From positions 24,448,001 to 24,512,000 of the forward strand of contig CP086569.2 of NCBI GenBank assembly GCA_009914755.4: 64,000 nt of DNA. The letters are read 5' to 3'. The notes below the pieces were generated by a model. That model was not told the DNA's origin. It ran no database searches and saw only the letters and a program-made list of their open reading frames with translations. A program made the translations under genes and the position numbers. Shown here in pieces: positions 59,638 through 64,000 of the stretch. Each line of letters opens with the position of its first letter. Position 1 is the stretch's first letter. This stretch comes from the human T2T-CHM13v2.0 reference genome, Homo sapiens.

Positions 59638-59910
59638 ACAGGATCTTGTTCTGCCACCCTGGATGAAGTACAGTGGCACAATCATAGCTCACTGCAGCTA
59701 TGATCTCCCAGGCTCAAGTGATCCTTCCACACCAGCCTCCCAAGTAGCTGGGACTACAGGTACATGCCACCATGTCTGGCTTTTATTTTTTTGTAGAGAT
59801 GGGGTCTCCCTATGTTCTCCAGGCTGGTTTCGAACTCCTGGGCTTAAGCGATCTTCCTGCCTTCACCTCCCAAAGTTCTGAGATTACATGCATGAGCCAC
59901 TGCACCTAAC
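59638..59910 (-). mobile_element. Alu (minus, old AluJ-like)
   Basis: ...GGATCTTGTTCTGCCACCCTGGATGAAGTACAGTGGCACAATCATAGCTCACTGCAGCTATGATCTCCCAGGCTCAAGTGATCCTTCCACACCAGCCTCCCAAGTAGCTGGGACTACAGGTACATGCCACCATGTCTGGC...GAGATTACATGCATGAGCCACTGCACCTAACC. Confidence 0.85.
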
Positions 59911-60029
59911 CTCATTGTTTTCTTTATTCCTGGGTTTCCAGCACCTAGAACAGTGCCTGGTACAAAAGAGTTACTAGAACAATATTGGATGCTGTTGTGG
60001 CTTTAAAACACATCCACAGGTCGGGTGCA

Positions 60030-60205
60030 GTCACTCAGACTGAGAGATTCAAGAGAGAGTGGGGAAGAAACTGTGGTGCATTTTGTGATCTAGTCCCTGA
60101 AATTGTATGCCTTCACTTCTGCTTTATGCTAAATCACTAAATCCAGCCTACACTTAAAGGGAGAATAATTACGTTCTACTTCTTGAAAGGAAAAATGTCA
60201 AGGAA

Positions 60206-60260
<55 letters not shown>
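60030..60260. repeat. Left arm of a palindrome-like inverted repeat: ~177 bp unique sequence plus (GT)27
   Basis: CACTCAGACTGAGAGATTCAAGAGAGAGTGGGGAAGAAACTGTGGTGCATTTTGTGATCTAGTCCCTGAAATTGTATGCCTTCACTTCTGCTTTATGCTAAATCACTAAATCCAGCCTACACTTAAAGGGAGAATAATTACGTTCTACTTCTTGAAAGGAAAAATGTCAAGGAATTTGTGTGTG...(GT)n. Its reverse complement is found at 60758..61145. Confidence 0.85.
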
Positions 60261-60757
<497 letters not shown>

Positions 60758-60797
<40 letters not shown>

Positions 60798-61145
60798 CCT
60801 TGACACCTTTCCTTTCAAGAAATAGAACTTAATTACTCTCCCTTTAAGTGTAGGCTGGATTTAGTGATTCACTTCTAATGAAAAAAACAAAGCAGAAGTG
60901 TCTGGGCATGGTGGCTCACACCAGTAATCCCAGTTTGGGGAGGCCAAGGCAGGAGGATGGCTTAAAGCCAGAAATTCTAAACCAGCCTAGGCAATGTAGC
61001 AAGAGCTCATCTCTACAAAAACAGAAGTGTAAAAAGTATCAAAAATTAGCATGAAGCAGAAGTGAAGGCATATAATTTCAGGGACAAGATCACAAAATGC
61101 ACCACAGTTTCTTCCTCACTCTCTCTTGAATCTCTCAGTCTGAGT
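60758..61145. repeat. Right arm of the palindrome-like inverted repeat: (AC)n plus the inverted copy of the left-arm unique sequence, interrupted by a ~145-bp Alu left-monomer fragment (60903..61047, plus) flanked by TSD AAGCAGAAGTG
   Basis: (AC)18AAAAATTCCTTGACACCTTTCCTTTCAAGAAATAGAACTTAATTACTCTCCCTTTAAGTGTAGGCTGGATTTAGTGATTCAC... is the reverse complement of 60100..60206 at about 94% identity. ...AAGGCATATAATTTCAGGGACAAGATCACAAAATGCACCACAGTTTCTTCCTCACTCTCTCTTGAATCTCTCAGTCTGAGTG is the reverse complement of 60030..60115. The Alu fragment TCTGGGCATGGTGGCTCACACCAGTAATCCCAGTTTGGGGAGGCCAAGGCAGGAGGATGGCTTAAAGCCAGAAATTCTAAACCAGCCTAGGCAATGTAGCAAGAGCTCATCTCTACAAAAA is bounded by AAAGCAGAAGTG and GAAGCAGAAGTG. 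Confidence 0.85.
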
Positions 61146-62933
61146 GGAAGTAGCTGATGTATTGTAAGCAGCCCTATGGCAAGGCCCACATAATGAGGAA
61201 CTGAGGCCTCCAGCCAACAGCCATGTACATGAACCCTTGTGGAGCAAATCCTCCAGACACAGGCAAGCCTTGAGATGACGGCATTCCCAGCCAACATCTT
61301 GACTACAGTCTAATGGAAGACCCTGAGCCAGAACCACCCAGCTAAGCCATTCTCACATTCCTGACTTTTAGAAACTTTACAAGAAGACGAATGATTGATG
61401 TTGTAAGCCGCTAAGTTTTGAAGTGATTTGTTATGCTGCAATAGTAACTAATACAGATGCATAAATGAATAGAAAATCTGTTGCACATTTATGTACCCGA
61501 AGAGTGTCAATATCCAAACATCTTTTTTTTTCTTTTAAGTTCTCCAATTTATTCATTTTTTGGTTGTGTCAGTAAACATACAACTCCATGGGTAATTTTG
61601 TGGTAGAGCTGTCAAAATAACCATAAAAATATAATGAAATATGATATGATCTGATTAAGATCAAGTAAGATGTGTGAGAAGTCTAGCAAACTGGAGGGAA
61701 AATGCTGAAAAGTCACACTGGCATGAGACAAAATTCTGTCTTGTCTTCTCCACACTCATGCATAAGCTGGGAGTCCTCTTTTCCTCCTCTTTATAGGGAA
61801 TAAAGTTGCTTCCCCTGCTCCTTCCTTTTTGCTTATAAACAAAAAAAGCAAGCTGTAGATTTTTAGCAGCAGCAACCTGCTCTAAAGTAAGCCATGCTAT
61901 CTAGGAGAAACAGGAACATTTCAATCAGGGCTAAGATGATTTATTTAAGGATAAAGAGCCCAATATATCTCAAATGGAATTTTCCAGGAAAGGAACATAT
62001 TGTGAGTCTAGCTCCCAAGTTAGTCCGCTGGCTAATACACTGAGAAGCCAGGGTTACTGGTTGTATCTTTCCAAACCAGCATGGTTAGTTTGGTTGGTTT
62101 CAACATGGCATAAATAAATCCAAACTTCTGAGTTTAGTAATCACAGTATTAGAGGTGACACTGACTGCTTCAACAACAACAAAATTAACCCCAAAATGTA
62201 GAATGGCTCTCAACACAATAGAAGCTTATTTCTCATTAACATAAAGCCCAGAACACACACTCGTGATCAGTAGGAGGCGCTCATCTGAGCCAGGCACCCA
62301 GACCCTTCCATCTTGCGACAGACATATGGCTTCCCATCTGCTGTCTTTGTCCACATGGACACAGAGAAGGTACACAAAGAATTGCAAGGTAGAGAGTCTG
62401 TGGGCCAGGCCGTGAAGTCACAGGCATCACTTCTGCTCAGATTTTCTTGTCTAAGCCTCAGTCACTTGGGCTCCTGACCACAAAGATCACTGGTAAGCAC
62501 AGGAAGAAGGGGAGACAGATGCTTGAACAGTTAGCCCGTCTCTGCCACAGTAAATGGCACCACTTACTCCTGCACAGCCATAGATAACCTCCTCAGCCAT
62601 CTCCCCTCCAGAGCCTATTCCATTCTTACCTGCATCCCTAACCCAAGACAGATTGAACCCCCTTCCTCTCTGCTCCAGGGAACCTTGCACCCATCTTATC
62701 TCCATCATATTAATTATTGCTCAATTGCCATCATTTATGGGCCTGTCATTCCACTACTGTGTTAGCATCTGGAGAGCAGAGAGCATGTCTTTTCCTCTGT
62801 ATATCATGGTGTCTGGCAAAGAGTAGACACTCATTTGACAGATTGAAGGATGAATAAAGTGTTACTCAAAACAAGTCCAGGTAAAATAATATGGAGAATT
62901 ATGTGTTAAGACTACTTTTTGATAGAACACAAG

Positions 62934-63215
62934 GTTGGGCCCAAAGGCTCATGCCTGTAATCCCAGCACTTTGGGAGGCCAAGGAGAGAGGATCACTTGA
63001 GCCTGGGAGTTCAAGACTGGCCTAGGCAACATAGTGAGACCCTGTTTCTACAAAAGAAAAAAGAATTAGCCAGGCACGGTTGCAAGTACCTATGGTACCA
63101 GCTACTTGGGAGACTGAGCTGAGAAGATCACTTGAGCCCAGGAATTCGATATTACAGTGAGTTATGATCATGCCACTGCACTCACCCTAGGTGACAGAGC
63201 AAGAGCTTGTTTCAG
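62934..63215 (+). mobile_element. Alu (plus, old AluJ-like)
   Basis: GGTTGGGCCCAAAGGCTCATGCCTGTAATCCCAGCACTTTGGGAGGCCAAGGAGAGAGGATCACTTGAGCCTGGGAGTTCAAGACTGGCCTAGGCAACATAGTGAGACCCTGTTTCTAC...GCCACTGCACTCACCCTAGGTGACAGAGCAAGAGCTTGTTTC. Confidence 0.85.
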
Positions 63216-63445
63216 CACAATGTGAAAAGGAAATATAAGAAATAGCAGAGCCATGCCATATTCAAAAACAAAGGGCAGCTCTTGTGGTTCCATCTCCTAT
63301 CTGTGAAGTGCCAAGACAAAAGCAAGAATTCTAGTATTTATGACAGTCTGGTCATGGGCCATGCGAACTCTCACTTCAACACTCATGTTTTTAGGGTATC
63401 TAAGATGTACTGCCAGGGACCATAACAGGGTGAAAGTTGGACCTG

Positions 63446-63917
<472 letters not shown>

Positions 63918-64000
63918 TCAGATTTCTTGCCAGGGAACAAATGAAGTTGGATTAATTGGCCTTCCATATCTAGAATCCTAAGACTCCTTGAACTAGAGCT

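Overview
This window reads as primate (human-type) nuclear genomic DNA rather than a prokaryotic or viral locus. It is an interspersed-repeat landscape: two LINE-1 elements, about 40 Alu SINEs, solitary LTRs, microsatellites and two minisatellite-like tandem arrays. The first ~7.5 kb is an old L1PA-type LINE-1 entering the window at the end of its 5'UTR. Its ORF1 is split by a younger nested L1 insertion (443..2799) with a twin-priming 5' inversion, a poly(A) tail and a 12-bp target-site duplication. Positions ~11.0-17.9 kb carry an intron-containing, frame-disrupted copy of an RBMX/RBMY-family (hnRNP G) gene. Its residues match the Y-linked RBMY branch, so the window is most likely Y-chromosomal, and I call it an RBMY-family pseudogene. 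Downstream lie two adjacent degenerate tandem arrays: a ~58-60 bp unit over ~2.3 kb, and a ~105-115 bp unit over ~0.9 kb. There is also an old L1M 3' fragment carrying an Alu, a MaLR-type LTR, and an RPL41 processed retrocopy with TSDs and an intact 25-codon ORF. Several young AluY-like insertions have perfect TSDs. A ~1.1-kb palindrome-like structure is built from ~94%-identical inverted unique arms, complementary (GT)n/(AC)n tracts and head-to-head Alus. I find no intact host protein-coding gene and no CRISPR, operon or defence-system architecture. The long ORFs in the track are almost all translations of L1, Alu or tandem-repeat sequence. The interesting material is structural: nested retrotransposition, the palindrome, the tandem arrays, the RBMY pseudogene and young retrocopies. 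All coordinates were derived by eye from the numbered sequence and may be off by a few bases.
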